A stretch of DNA of 64,000 bases from an uncultured Clostridium sp. GTDB taxonomy: Bacteria; Bacillota; Clostridia; Lachnospirales; Lachnospiraceae. A program made the position numbers and the translations under genes. The notes below the pieces were generated by a model. It worked only from the letters and a program-made list of their open reading frames with translations, searched no databases and was not told the DNA's origin. Positions 9,737-19,229 of the stretch are shown piece by piece (position 1 is the stretch's first letter; every line of letters starts with the position of its first letter). Location of the stretch: assembly GCA_964655525.1 (NCBI GenBank), contig CAZZNE010000009.1:46099-110098 (forward strand). Reading direction: 5' to 3'.

Positions 9737-9787
9737 GAAAAGAACCGCCATGACCGCACCGTGGGTACTGCTATGGTGGTTCTTTTC
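9737..9787. terminator. Bidirectional stem-loop between convergent genes
   Basis: A stem of about 15 bp, GAAAAGAACCGCCAT...ATGGTGGTTCTTTTC, lies between the fructokinase gene (+) and the small minus-strand gene. Confidence 0.6.
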
Positions 9788-9808
9788 CATACCTTGATGA
9801 AATGGTCG

Positions 9809-10027
9809 TTAAAACAGCTTTTTGATGCCGCCGAGCGCATCGGAAACTTTATCGACATTGATCTTGGATTTTACGCCGTCCACGATCTTTTTTACCGTAT
9901 CATCGGGGAGATCGACGCCCATCACGCTCTCCACGGTCTTGACAGGATCTTTTTGAAACTGCGCCATCAGCGTCTTGTCCTTTGTGATCTTTTCCACTGT
10001 GCTTGTAATTTGCTCTTTGATATCCAT
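9809..10027 (-). CDS. Small hypothetical protein (72 aa, K/D/V-rich, helical)
   Basis: ORF 'MDIKEQITSTVEKITKDKTLMAQFQKDPVKTVESVMGVDLPDDTVKK...'. An AAAGGAG RBS lies upstream of this ATG. No family recognised. Confidence 0.55.
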   Translation of the reverse strand: MDIKEQITSTVEKITKDKTLMAQFQKDPVKTVESVMGVDLPDDTVKKIVDGVKSKINVDKVSDALGGIKKLF

Positions 10028-10225
10028 ATGAATTCTGCTCCTTTTGAAAGAATTTGACATTGCTTGTGACAATTATACATCGAATTGGGTGCAATGACAA
10101 ATAAATTCCCTGATTTTCACAAAAATAGCTTCAAATTCGGGATGTTTTATAGTACAATGTAAAAATAGACAAGGACGCCAGGATGCGGAGCGTCAGAAAA
10201 AACCGCAAAGGGGGAAGGTGCCAAT

Positions 10226-11530
10226 ATGTTTAGTCAGTTGTTTGGCGCGTTTTTGCTCGAGCAAAACGTGATTACAAAGGATATGATGGATAGTGTATTA
10301 GCGGAGCAGACGGATGCGCGGGCAAAGCTGGGAACAATTGCCGTGGCAGCCGGTTATCTGACGAACGAGCAGGTGGAGGAAATTCACCTGCTGCAGGCGC
10401 AGCAGGATAAGCGCTTTGGTGATATTGCATTGGAGAAGGGTTATCTGACGATGAAGCAGCTCATGGAGCTCTTGGACCAGCAGGGCAATGCGTTCATGAA
10501 GTTCCTTCAGTTACTTGTGGAGAAGAATTGTGTTCCGGTTTCGGAGATCGACACCTATCTCTCGCAATTTCAGGAGACCAAAGGCTTTTCGGATCAGGAC
10601 ATGAAGGCGCTCAAGAAAGATGACATCGATGCGATCGTTCCGGTATTCGCGTTTGCGGCGAAGCCGTTTGTGACGGATGTGACGGCGCTGGTGCTGAGGA
10701 ATATCGCGCGTTTTATTACGATGGATTTTTATATTGACAGGATCCGCCGCGTGGAGGATTATGAGTATCATGCGCTCGCGGGGCAGAGGATTAACGGGGA
10801 TTATCAGGTTTGGCTTGCCTTTGTGGGAAAAGAAGATGACGAGGGGCTTTACACATTGGCGACGGGTTATGCAGGAGAGCAGGCGAGACGCAAAAAGGAC
10901 ATTGCGTATGACGTCATCGGCGAATTTACGAATATATGCAGCGGATTGTTTGCATCCAGTTTGAGCGAAAAAGGAATTTTTATCGATATGGAGTCGCCGT
11001 TTGCCTATGAATCGCAGCAGATGAAAGGCAAGGGCTATATCGTGCCGATCTATCTGAAAGGCAAATTGCTGGAATTGTTTATTTCGGTCAATGAGGAGGT
11101 CGTTCCGGGAACCGTACCGTATAAGAAAAAGGTTGCAAAGCAAGCGGGAAGCGCGGTGACGGAGAACAGTAAAGGCACGATCATTATCGTGGATGATTCC
11201 ATGCTGATCCGTCATGCGTTGCGCGTGCTGGTGGAGAAGGCGGGCTATACGGTCGTTTGCGAGGCAGAAAACGGGGAAGAAGCGATCGAAGTCTATCAGA
11301 AATACCATCCCGATATGATCTCGCTGGATATCACGATGCCTGTAATGGACGGCGTTGAGGCACTGCGCAGGATCAAAGAACTTGATCCTGCAGCCAATGT
11401 TGTGATGATCACGGCAGCGGGACAGCAGCAGAAGGTGATCGAGGCGATCAAGCTCGGCGCGTCGAAATTTATCGTAAAGCCGTTCAGCAGGGACGAGGTG
11501 CTTGATACCATTGCGGAAGTCATCCGATAG
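10226..11530 (+). CDS. Multidomain response regulator: N-terminal MshEN/T2SSE_N-like triple motif, CheX/CheC-like middle region and C-terminal CheY-like receiver
   Basis: Receiver residues 'IIIVDDS', 'MISLDITMP', 'VVMITAAG' and 'KFIVKPF'. Middle region 'DVIGEFTNICSGLFASSL...IDMESP' is CheX-like. The N-terminus holds three 24-aa units separated by 5-aa spacers (see findings). Confidence 0.8.
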   Translation: MFSQLFGAFLLEQNVITKDMMDSVLAEQTDARAKLGTIAVAAGYLTNEQVEEIHLLQAQQDKRFGDIALEKGYLTMKQLMELLDQQGNAFMKFLQLLVEKNCVPVSEIDTYLSQFQETKGFSDQDMKALKKDDIDAIVPVFAFAAKPFVTDVTALVLRNIARFITMDFYIDRIRRVEDYEYHALAGQRINGDYQVWLAFVGKEDDEGLYTLATGYAGEQARRKKDIAYDVIGEFTNICSGLFASSLSEKGIFIDMESPFAYESQQMKGKGYIVPIYLKGKLLELFISVNEEVVPGTVPYKKKVAKQAGSAVTENSKGTIIIVDDSMLIRHALRVLVEKAGYTVVCEAENGEEAIEVYQKYHPDMISLDITMPVMDGVEALRRIKELDPAANVVMITAAGQQQKVIEAIKLGASKFIVKPFSRDEVLDTIAEVIR

Positions 11531-11567
11531 GATTGCGGACAAAACGCTGCGGAGGGAAAAACATTCT

Positions 11568-12710
11568 ATGTGGCTTTTGGGCGGAAACGTATATATTGCG
11601 GAGCAGGGGTTTTGCAAACGGAACCTTCTGCTCCGAAATGGTATTATAGAGCGGATTGTACCGCAGGGAGAGACGGTGGAGGAAGCGCGCCTGCATGACG
11701 TGGAAACGGTGGATGTGCAGGGCGCTACTATTTTGCCGGGACTTGTGGATATCCATTTTCACGGTTGCGCGGGACATGATTTTTGTGAAGGGACAAAGGA
11801 GGCGTTTGAAGCCATTGAGCGGTATGAGCTCCGTCACGGGATCACGGTCATATCGCCCGCGACAATGACGTTACCGGAAGAACGGCTGTGTAAGATCTGT
11901 GCCGAGGCAGCGGCATATGCGAAGGAAAGTGAGTGCTTAAAAGGGATTTATCTGGAAGGTCCTTTTCTATCGGAAGCCAAAAAAGGAGCGCAGAACAGTG
12001 CATATCTGAGGCTCCCGGACATAGAGCTGCTGCGCGGACTGAATGCGAAGGCGGAAGGGCTGATCCGGATCGTAGCGATTGCGCCCGAGCGGGAGGGTGC
12101 GATCGCGTGTATGGAAGCATGCGCGGAGCAATTTCGTTTTTCCGTGGCGCATACGACGGCGGACTATGCGACATGCGCCCGGGCGATGCAAACGGGCGCA
12201 AAGCAGGTGACGCATCTGTATAACGCGATGCCGCCGTTTACGCACAGGGAGCCGGGAGTGATCGGCGCGGCGTTTGATCATGGCGTGGACGTGGAATTGA
12301 TCAGTGACGGCGTGCATGTGGAAGCGTGCGCGGTGCGTATGGCATTCCGGCTGTTTGGCGAGGAGCATGTCATCCTGATCAGCGACAGCATGATGGCGGC
12401 TGGAATGCCCGACGGCATGTATGAGCTTGGCGGGCAGGCGGTCACGGTGCGCGGAAAACGGGCGGTGCTTTCAGACGGTACGATCGCGGGAAGCGTGACC
12501 AATCTGTATGACTGCATGGTGACGGCGATCCGCATGGGGATTCCGGCAGAGGCGGCGGTGCGCGCTGCGACAAGCAATCCGGCGGCGGCGCTCGGCATTG
12601 ACACCGATTACGGAAGTATTGCGATCGGGAAAAGAGCGGATCTGCTTGTGGTGAATGATGACTGGGAACTGCAAAGGGTTTATAAGCACGGCAGGGAGGT
12701 GCGGCTGTGA
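11568..12710 (+). CDS. nagA: N-acetylglucosamine-6-phosphate deacetylase
   Basis: 'LPGLVDIHFHGCAGHDF', 'GIYLEGPFLS..KKGAQ', 'HLYNAMPPFTHREPGVIGAA' and 'ELISDGVHV' are classic NagA amidohydrolase motifs. GGAGGG lies upstream of the ATG at 11568. Confidence 0.9.
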   Translation: MWLLGGNVYIAEQGFCKRNLLLRNGIIERIVPQGETVEEARLHDVETVDVQGATILPGLVDIHFHGCAGHDFCEGTKEAFEAIERYELRHGITVISPATMTLPEERLCKICAEAAAYAKESECLKGIYLEGPFLSEAKKGAQNSAYLRLPDIELLRGLNAKAEGLIRIVAIAPEREGAIACMEACAEQFRFSVAHTTADYATCARAMQTGAKQVTHLYNAMPPFTHREPGVIGAAFDHGVDVELISDGVHVEACAVRMAFRLFGEEHVILISDSMMAAGMPDGMYELGGQAVTVRGKRAVLSDGTIAGSVTNLYDCMVTAIRMGIPAEAAVRAATSNPAAALGIDTDYGSIAIGKRADLLVVNDDWELQRVYKHGREVRL

Positions 12711-12752
12711 GGCATACCGCAGGGAAACGGCACGAAATAAGGAGGGGAACGA

Positions 12753-13649
12753 ATGGCAACCTATCTGGTTGACTTGGAAAATACGGGGCTGGCAGGGCTA
12801 TCGGGCTTGGAGGAGCTGTCCGCAAAGGATAAGGTCATTGTTTTTTACGGGACGCGGACAGGCTCGATTGCGTTTGACAAGCATGTGGAGCTGACAAAGG
12901 CAAAGGCGGATGTTACCTACACGAAGACGGAGCGCGTGGCAAAAAATTATCTGGATTTTCAGCTTGTGACCTATCTCGGATACCTGATCGGAAGCGGGCA
13001 GGAGCGCGTATATTATATTATCAGTAAGGATAAGGGATACGACAGCTGTATCGAATTTTGGAGAAAGACAAATAAGCAGATTGCGATCACGCGCTGCGAA
13101 TCGCTGCAAAAGCAAAAAACGGTGACGCAGACGGCGGCGCAGTCAGATGCGGGCAAAGGCGCACAGGCGGCAGCTGGCGAGCATGCGGATATGCAGAAGA
13201 ATCCGGCATCTGAACCGATGCAGGCAGATCCGTCCGTAAGCGGCGGCAAGCAGTCGAAGCAAAAGGCATCCGGCAAAACGTCATCAACCCCGAAAGCGTC
13301 CGGCAAGGAGGCGTCCGATCAGAAAGCATCCGATCAGAAAGCATCCGACAGGGAGGCATCCGATCAGAAGGCATCCGGGAAAAAGGCGCCTGATCAGAAA
13401 AAATCTGAGAAACCGTCCCTGCCCGAGAGCATGAGAAAGAAAATCCGCAAGGCGGTTAAGGAAGAAGGACTTGAGGCCGGAAGCTATAAGTTTATCTATG
13501 ATTATGTTGTGAAATCTTCGGATAAGCAAAAATTAAATATCGCACTAGTTAAGCATTTTCAACAGGAGAAAGGAAACCGGCTGTACAAGGAGATTCTGGA
13601 TGTATTTGCCGAATATCATAAGCAGATATCAGGCTGCGGTCAGGGATAG
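12753..13649 (+). CDS. NYN/LabA-like (PIN-like) domain protein with a low-complexity pentapeptide-repeat linker and a small C-terminal helical domain
   Basis: N-terminus 'YLVDLENTG...KNYLDFQLVTYLGYL...VYYIISKDKGYDSCIEFW' resembles the NYN pattern (DxEN ... KNaaDiaL ... SgDsDF). The middle is K/S/D/Q-rich repeats. Confidence 0.6.
   Translation: MATYLVDLENTGLAGLSGLEELSAKDKVIVFYGTRTGSIAFDKHVELTKAKADVTYTKTERVAKNYLDFQLVTYLGYLIGSGQERVYYIISKDKGYDSCIEFWRKTNKQIAITRCESLQKQKTVTQTAAQSDAGKGAQAAAGEHADMQKNPASEPMQADPSVSGGKQSKQKASGKTSSTPKASGKEASDQKASDQKASDREASDQKASGKKAPDQKKSEKPSLPESMRKKIRKAVKEEGLEAGSYKFIYDYVVKSSDKQKLNIALVKHFQQEKGNRLYKEILDVFAEYHKQISGCGQG
13266..13400 (+). repeat. About nine degenerate tandem 15-nt units (GCATCCGATCAGAAA-like) encoding AS(D/G)(Q/K)K pentapeptides
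   Basis: Read directly from the sequence: gcgtccgatcagaaa / gcatccgatcagaaa / gcatccgacagggag / gcatccgatcagaag / gcatccgggaaaaag / gcgcctgatcagaaa, with more degenerate units upstream. Confidence 0.85.
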
Positions 13650-14347
13650 CTGCGTTCGCCGAAAATGCCCGTGCCGACGCGCACCATCGTTGCGCCCTCC
13701 TCGATCGCGACTTCGTAGTCACCCGTCATGCCCATGGAGAGTGTATCAAAGCAGACCGGATTCCCGTCTGCAGCCTTTGGCGGGGATTCCTGTATGCTTG
13801 TAAAAAGAGCATGCAGACGGCGGAAGTGCATGCGGTTGCTTTCGGGCGTTTCCGTGTAGGGCGCGGAAGTCATGAATCCGCGCACGCGCACATGCGGACA
13901 ATCCGCGGCGATGCGTGCGACGGCATCCGGCGCTTCGGCGGCGGTAAAGCCCCACTTGGATTCCTCTTCCGCGATGTTGACTTCGAGCAGAATGTTCACA
14001 GTCAGTCCTTTTTTGGCTGCCTCAGATTCAATCTGCGCGGCAAGACGCAGGGAATCGACGGAATGAATGAGCGCGGTTTTGTCTATGATATATTTAACCT
14101 TGTTGCGCTGCAGATGCCCGATCATATGCCATGTGACACTGGCGTTGCATTGTGCATATTTCTCTGTCAGCTCCTGCACATAGTTTTCGCCGAAGATGCG
14201 TTCTCCCGCTGCGACGCATTCCTCGATCATGGAGAGCGGTTTTGTCTTGCTGACCGCAACGAGCGTTACCTCGGACGGCTCACGTCCGCACCGTGCACAG
14301 GCGGCGGCAATATGCGCATGTACCTGCATTACATTTTCTTTGATCAT
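13640..14347 (-). CDS. yggS: YggS-family pyridoxal-phosphate homeostasis protein
   Basis: 'LVAVSKTKP', 'FGENYVQEL', 'WHMIGHLQRNKVKYI', 'IHSVDSLRLA' and 'LSMGMTGDYEVAIEEGATMVRVGTGIFG'. RBS GGAGA precedes the ATG at 14347. The 3' end overlaps the convergent NYN gene by 10 nt. Confidence 0.9.
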   Translation of the reverse strand: MIKENVMQVHAHIAAACARCGREPSEVTLVAVSKTKPLSMIEECVAAGERIFGENYVQELTEKYAQCNASVTWHMIGHLQRNKVKYIIDKTALIHSVDSLRLAAQIESEAAKKGLTVNILLEVNIAEEESKWGFTAAEAPDAVARIAADCPHVRVRGFMTSAPYTETPESNRMHFRRLHALFTSIQESPPKAADGNPVCFDTLSMGMTGDYEVAIEEGATMVRVGTGIFGERSYP

Positions 14348-14562
14348 AAAAATTCTCCATTCTTGCTCAGCCTGCGAATTTGGGCGCAAGCACAATATTT
14401 GCAAAGCGAACTTGTTCGCTTTATCACCTCATCTGCGTTTGATTATAGCACATCCGAGTGACAGTGTGCGAAAAATGTGTTATACTTGTTTCATGCGGGG
14501 AGAAGGCTTATTTATGGAAATGTTGTGGCTCCGCAGGTTTTGAAAGGGGCAAGAGGTCGAAA

Positions 14563-15621
14563 ATGAAAAAAGAACGGGTGTTATATCTTGATCTGATCCG
14601 CATCGTCTGTTTTCTGATGGTGACATCATTTCATTTTTCGGTTGCGGTAAAAACGTTTGGGATCAACGCAGACGTGGAGTTTTATCAGGGGATCGTGCAT
14701 ATTGTGTGGGGACCGATTGCCGTGTCGTGCTTTTTTATGGTGTCCGGCGCAGCATTGATCTATCGTTACGGGGAAAACTTTTCATTGAAGGAATTTTACA
14801 AGAAGAGGTTTTTCGGGCTCTATCCGCTGTTTTGGCTTGCGTATCTGTTTGCGTTCCTTGATTTTTTTTATCGGGTGAAATCTATGCCGGGGGGACCGAA
14901 GATTCATTTTCTGCTGTCGGTGGTTGCGATGGACGGATATTTTAATGACTGGATCCCGACATTTTATATGATCGGCGAATGGTTTTTGGGTGTGATCGTG
15001 ATACTCTATATTCTGTTTCCGCTGTACCGGTTCGTAATGTGTAAGTGCAAATATATTTTACCCGTTGTATTCTTTGTGTTGAGCGTGGTACTGATATATC
15101 ATAATCCGTTTCCGATGGTGCCGGAGAAAAACCCGATCATGTGCAGCATGTATTTTGTGCTCGGCATGATGATCGAGATGTTGCGAAGGAGTCCGAAACA
15201 GCGGGCGGTAAAAATCGGCAGAAGGATCGCGGCGGCAGTCGGCGTTATACTTTTTATCGTCGTAGCTGCGGTGGAAAAGACCGGTTATCGGTTTAATGGT
15301 TATCATGTGATCTTTGTCATATCGCTGTCGGTCTATCTGATCCTGATGGAGGTTGCGGAGTGGATAAAGTCGGAGCGGGTAAGGAGTCTGATCAGCATGA
15401 TCGGCAGACACTCGTATGCGTATTTTTTACTGCATCATGTGTTTATGTATAAATATCTTCCGAATTTTTCGGGTGTTACAATGAGCGGTTCCAACACGCT
15501 GCTCCTGTTTGTAAGCTGCGTAGGGTATATTTATGCGCTGGCGGTCGGGCTGGATAAGATTTATGCGGCGCTCGTGCGCGCGCTTAGAAGATGGCGCGGA
15601 AAGGATGAGAGCACGGCATAA
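14563..15621 (+). CDS. Membrane acyltransferase (acyltransferase family 3, OatA/WecH-like)
   Basis: 'YLDLIRIVCFLMVTSFHF' N-terminus, about 10 predicted TM segments and roughly 350 aa. Confidence 0.75.
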   Translation: MKKERVLYLDLIRIVCFLMVTSFHFSVAVKTFGINADVEFYQGIVHIVWGPIAVSCFFMVSGAALIYRYGENFSLKEFYKKRFFGLYPLFWLAYLFAFLDFFYRVKSMPGGPKIHFLLSVVAMDGYFNDWIPTFYMIGEWFLGVIVILYILFPLYRFVMCKCKYILPVVFFVLSVVLIYHNPFPMVPEKNPIMCSMYFVLGMMIEMLRRSPKQRAVKIGRRIAAAVGVILFIVVAAVEKTGYRFNGYHVIFVISLSVYLILMEVAEWIKSERVRSLISMIGRHSYAYFLLHHVFMYKYLPNFSGVTMSGSNTLLLFVSCVGYIYALAVGLDKIYAALVRALRRWRGKDESTA

Positions 15622-15754
15622 GGTTTTTCCGGCTGTGCCGCATCCGAGCGCGGCATTTTGAACGGCAGCGATACAGATACAACATTTTGACAGGTTATCG
15701 TAACATTCATGTCTTGCAGAAAGCAAAAATCTTACGTTAAACTAGGAGGGAAAT

Positions 15755-16675
15755 ATGGAGAAACCAACATTGGTAATACTTGCAGCCGGAATGGGCAGCA
15801 GGTACGGAGGGCTAAAGCAGATCGATCCGATTGATAAGCATGGAAATAAGATCATTGACTTTTCAATCTACGATGCGGTCAGGGCGGGGTTCCGCAAGGT
15901 CATTTTCATTATCAAAAAAGAGAATGAGGCGGATTTTCGCTCCTGCATCGGCGATACGGTCAGCAAGTATATCGAGGTCGAATATGTATTTCAGGAGCTT
16001 AGCAATGTTCCCGCGGGCGTTGTCATTCCTGAGGGGCGTATGAAGCCTTGGGGAACCGCACATGCGATTCTATGCTGCAAGGATGTGATCGACGGACCGT
16101 TTGCGGTGATTAATTCGGATGATTATTATGGGCAGAGCGCATTCCAGACGCTGTACGATTTTCTGACGACGCATGAGGACGGCGAGAAGTACCGCTATGC
16201 GATGGTGGGCTATGAGCTTGGCAACACGCTGACGGATAACGGTTCCGTGGCGCGCGGCTGCTGCATCACGGATCAGAACGGATTTCTGGTCAACATCGCG
16301 GAACGCACGAAGATCGTCAAAATGCACGGCGGTGCGGCGTACACGGAGGACGACGGAGAGACTTATGTGCCGATTCCGATGGAAACGCTCGTATCCATGA
16401 ATATGTGGGGCTTTATGCCGAGCATCTTAGGCGAGCTGGAGCAGGCGCTTCAAAGGTTTTTTGCCGAGGAAGTGCCGGTCAATCCCTTAAAATCCGAGTG
16501 TTTTTTGCCGATCGAGGTAGACAGACTGCTTCAGGCGGGTAAAGCGACTGTGGAAGTGCTGCCCTCGAAGGACAAGTGGTTCGGCGTCACCTATAAGGAG
16601 GATAAACCCTTTGTTGTGGAATCCATACAGAATCTGAAAGATGAGGGCGTATATCCTGAAAAACTGTGGGAGTAA
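15755..16675 (+). CDS. Sugar-phosphate nucleotidyltransferase (NTP_transferase fold), specificity unknown
   Basis: 'LVILAAGMGSRYGGLKQ' is a glycine-rich nucleotide-binding loop, followed by 'VINSDDYYG'. It sits directly upstream of galE. Confidence 0.7.
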   Translation: MEKPTLVILAAGMGSRYGGLKQIDPIDKHGNKIIDFSIYDAVRAGFRKVIFIIKKENEADFRSCIGDTVSKYIEVEYVFQELSNVPAGVVIPEGRMKPWGTAHAILCCKDVIDGPFAVINSDDYYGQSAFQTLYDFLTTHEDGEKYRYAMVGYELGNTLTDNGSVARGCCITDQNGFLVNIAERTKIVKMHGGAAYTEDDGETYVPIPMETLVSMNMWGFMPSILGELEQALQRFFAEEVPVNPLKSECFLPIEVDRLLQAGKATVEVLPSKDKWFGVTYKEDKPFVVESIQNLKDEGVYPEKLWE

Positions 16676-16706
16676 CGCCTCTGATGAAAAATAAGGAGGA
16701 TGGGGT

Positions 16707-17723
16707 ATGTCGATTTTAGTAACGGGCGGTGCAGGTTATATCGGAAGCCATACGGTAGTGGAGCTGCAGAATGCGGGGTATGAGGTTGTTGTACTGGATA
16801 ATCTGAGTAATTCCAGTGAGAAGTCCTTAAAGCGTGTGGAAAAAATTACGGGAAAGGCAGTTCCTTTTTACAAGGCGGATATTTTAGACCGTGAGGCGTT
16901 GGAAGAAATTTTTGCAAAAGAAGCAATTGACTGCTGTATCCATTTCGCGGGCTTAAAGGCGGTCGGAGAATCCGTACAGAAGCCGTGGGAATATTACAAT
17001 AACAATATTGCCGGAACTCTCACGCTTGTGGACGTGATGAGAAAGCACGGCTGCAAAAACATCATTTTTTCGTCTTCGGCAACCGTGTACGGCAATCCGG
17101 CGGTGATTCCGATCACGGAACAGTGCCCGAAAGGACAATGTACCAATCCGTACGGCTGGACCAAATCCATGCTGGAGCAGATCTTAAGCGATATGCAGAA
17201 GGCGGATCCGGAGTGGAACGTCATCCTGCTTCGTTATTTTAATCCGATCGGCGCGCATAAGAGCGGAACGATCGGCGAGAATCCGAACGGCATCCCGAAC
17301 AATCTGATGCCTTACATCACGCAGGTTGCAGTCGGCAAGCTGAAGCAGCTCGGCGTGTTCGGAAATGATTACGATACGCCAGATGGAACCGGAGTGAGGG
17401 ATTATATTCATGTTGTCGATCTGGCGAAGGGACATGTGAAAGCGGTAAAGAAGGTCGAGGAAAAAGCGGGCTTAAAGATTTACAATCTCGGTACAGGCGT
17501 CGGTTACAGCGTTCTGGATATTGTAAAGAATTTTGAGGAAGCGAACGGCGTGAAGATCCCTTATGAGATTAAGCCGAGGCGTGCGGGAGACATTGCCACC
17601 TGCTACGCCGATGCATCGCTTGCGAAAGAAGAACTTGGCTGGACCGCGGAGTATGGTATTCGCGAGATGTGCGAGGACTCCTGGAGATGGCAGAGCAATA
17701 ACCCGAACGGGTATGAGGAGTAA
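16707..17723 (+). CDS. galE: UDP-glucose 4-epimerase
   Basis: '[18 protein letters not shown]', 'SSSATVYG', '[13 protein letters not shown]' (YxxxK) and '[10 protein letters not shown]'. Confidence 0.95.
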   Translation: MSILVTGGAGYIGSHTVVELQNAGYEVVVLDNLSNSSEKSLKRVEKITGKAVPFYKADILDREALEEIFAKEAIDCCIHFAGLKAVGESVQKPWEYYNNNIAGTLTLVDVMRKHGCKNIIFSSSATVYGNPAVIPITEQCPKGQCTNPYGWTKSMLEQILSDMQKADPEWNVILLRYFNPIGAHKSGTIGENPNGIPNNLMPYITQVAVGKLKQLGVFGNDYDTPDGTGVRDYIHVVDLAKGHVKAVKKVEEKAGLKIYNLGTGVGYSVLDIVKNFEEANGVKIPYEIKPRRAGDIATCYADASLAKEELGWTAEYGIREMCEDSWRWQSNNPNGYEE

Positions 17724-17749
17724 AAAAGAAATGCTGGAAGCATTACGTA

Positions 17750-17781
17750 AAAAAGAATGGCGCGAAGCGCCATTCTTTTTT
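17750..17781. terminator. Bidirectional rho-independent terminator (galE / hemolysin III)
   Basis: AAAAAGAATGGCGC-gaa-GCGCCATTCTTTTTT, flanked by A- and T-runs. A second weaker hairpin lies just upstream at 17727-17747. Confidence 0.8.
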
Positions 17782-18430
17782 ACGCCACATATCCATACAT
17801 AAAGATAAAATGGCAGACGCTTCCCGCCATGACAAACAGATGGAATACCTCGTGGGAACCGAAATATGCATGTTTTGCGTTAAATACGGAAAGCTTCAGT
17901 GCGTAAATAACGCCCCCGGCTGTATAGATCAGTCCGCCTGCGAGCAGCCATAAAAAAGCGGCTAGCGGAAGCGTATGGATGAGCTGTCCAAATACAAAGA
18001 GGCATACCCAGCCCATGGAAATATACAGGATGGAAGAAAACCATTTCGGGCAGGTGATCCAGCAAGCCTTGACGATCATACCGGCGAGCGCGATGCCCCA
18101 CACAACGGCAAGGAGCAGGTACCCGAGCTGTCCGCCAAGAACGATCAGACATACAGGCGTATAGGAGCCGGCGATCAGCACAAAGATCATCATATGATCC
18201 AGCTTGCGGAATATGCGGAGCAGTTTGCCGCCTACGTTGACGGAATGATATAGCGTGCTTGCGCCGTACAGAAGCACCATGCTGAGTATAAAGACCGTCA
18301 TCGCCAAAAGATGACGGGAGTCCGCGGACATACTTGCTTTGATCAGGAGCGGTGTTGCTGCAATGGAAGCGAAGACCATAGCGATCAGATGAGTGATGGC
18401 ACTTCCGGGTTCACGGATCGTAATTGTCAT
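17780..18430 (-). CDS. Hemolysin III / PAQR-family membrane protein
   Basis: Seven TM segments, 'GSAITHLIA', 'LYGASTLYHS', 'LDHMMIFVLIAGSYTP' and 'GSHEVFHLFVMAGSVCHF'. Confidence 0.9.
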   Translation of the reverse strand: MTITIREPGSAITHLIAMVFASIAATPLLIKASMSADSRHLLAMTVFILSMVLLYGASTLYHSVNVGGKLLRIFRKLDHMMIFVLIAGSYTPVCLIVLGGQLGYLLLAVVWGIALAGMIVKACWITCPKWFSSILYISMGWVCLFVFGQLIHTLPLAAFLWLLAGGLIYTAGGVIYALKLSVFNAKHAYFGSHEVFHLFVMAGSVCHFIFMYGYVA

Positions 18431-18664
18431 AAAAAATCCCTTCTTTCCTAAAATAGATTTAGAATCCGCATGTCAGCCGGAAAGGCATACGTGCAGATAT
18501 GAAAAAACAAATGGAACTGCTCATAGTATAAACCGCTTTGCGAAACTTTATGACATAGTAAACAAAACTATGTTGTGGTATACATATATTACAACACGCG
18601 ACGGATAGTGTCAACAGAAAAATGAACAATCAATACGATGCTTTATGCGTTTTCTGTTGCTATG

Positions 18665-18695
18665 CATAAAAAACGCAGGCTTTTTGCCTGCGTTT
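18665..18695 (-). terminator. Rho-independent terminator of the 88-aa gene
   Basis: On the minus strand AAACGCAGGC-aaaaa-GCCTGCGTTTTTT. A second copy of the arm sequence (GCCTGCGTTTT on the + strand, 18708-18718) lies between the gene and the hairpin and could form an alternative pairing. Confidence 0.65.
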
Positions 18696-18767
18696 GCGGA
18701 ATTTTTTGCCTGCGTTTTGGAATGTTTTTTGGTGGTTCTGCGTAAATTAATAATTGTGTGGGCGATA

Positions 18768-19034
18768 TCAGTCTTCTTCGATGATTTGGAACTCCAAATA
18801 ATCGAACGGAATCTGCTCAATAAAACTGTCCTGCCGGAAGCGGGTCTTGGCATGCTGCTGAAATTCCCGGATGTTGCTGTCGAGCCAGATCGGTTTGCCG
18901 AGGTCAAAACGGATGCAGACTTCGTCAAGCGCGCGAAAGACTTTGTGTGTCCGCGTATCCTCGCGATCGTCAATGATCACGGTATCGCGGAGCATGTGAT
19001 TTTCTTTCCATATTTTTGCCCATAAACGAAACAT
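18768..19034 (-). CDS. Hypothetical protein (88 aa)
   Basis: AAAGGAA lies 6 nt before the ATG. The composition is protein-like ('...DDREDTRTHKVFRALDEVCIRFDLGKPIWLDSNIREFQQHAKTRF...'). No family recognised. It is transcribed divergently from the alarmone synthetase gene. Confidence 0.55.
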   Translation of the reverse strand: MFRLWAKIWKENHMLRDTVIIDDREDTRTHKVFRALDEVCIRFDLGKPIWLDSNIREFQQHAKTRFRQDSFIEQIPFDYLEFQIIEED

Positions 19035-19229
19035 CGCGAGTTCCTTTCAACTTTGTTTGATCAAGATACGTCTGATAAATATAAAGTATAGCGATAAAAT
19101 GTAGTATTTGTAAATAAACCATTAAATATTTGTGAAAAATGTACATTTTTTCCGAAATATGGTATAATGATTACAGAATTTAGCACAAAAACGACAGCCT
19201 GAGTGTATGCTTGGATTGGGGGAGTGGAA

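Noticed and set aside
9731-10057. A 108-aa (+) ORF downstream of the fructokinase gene.
   Set aside because: It runs through the bidirectional terminator and is antisense to the small minus-strand gene, which has a good RBS. Its composition is not protein-like.
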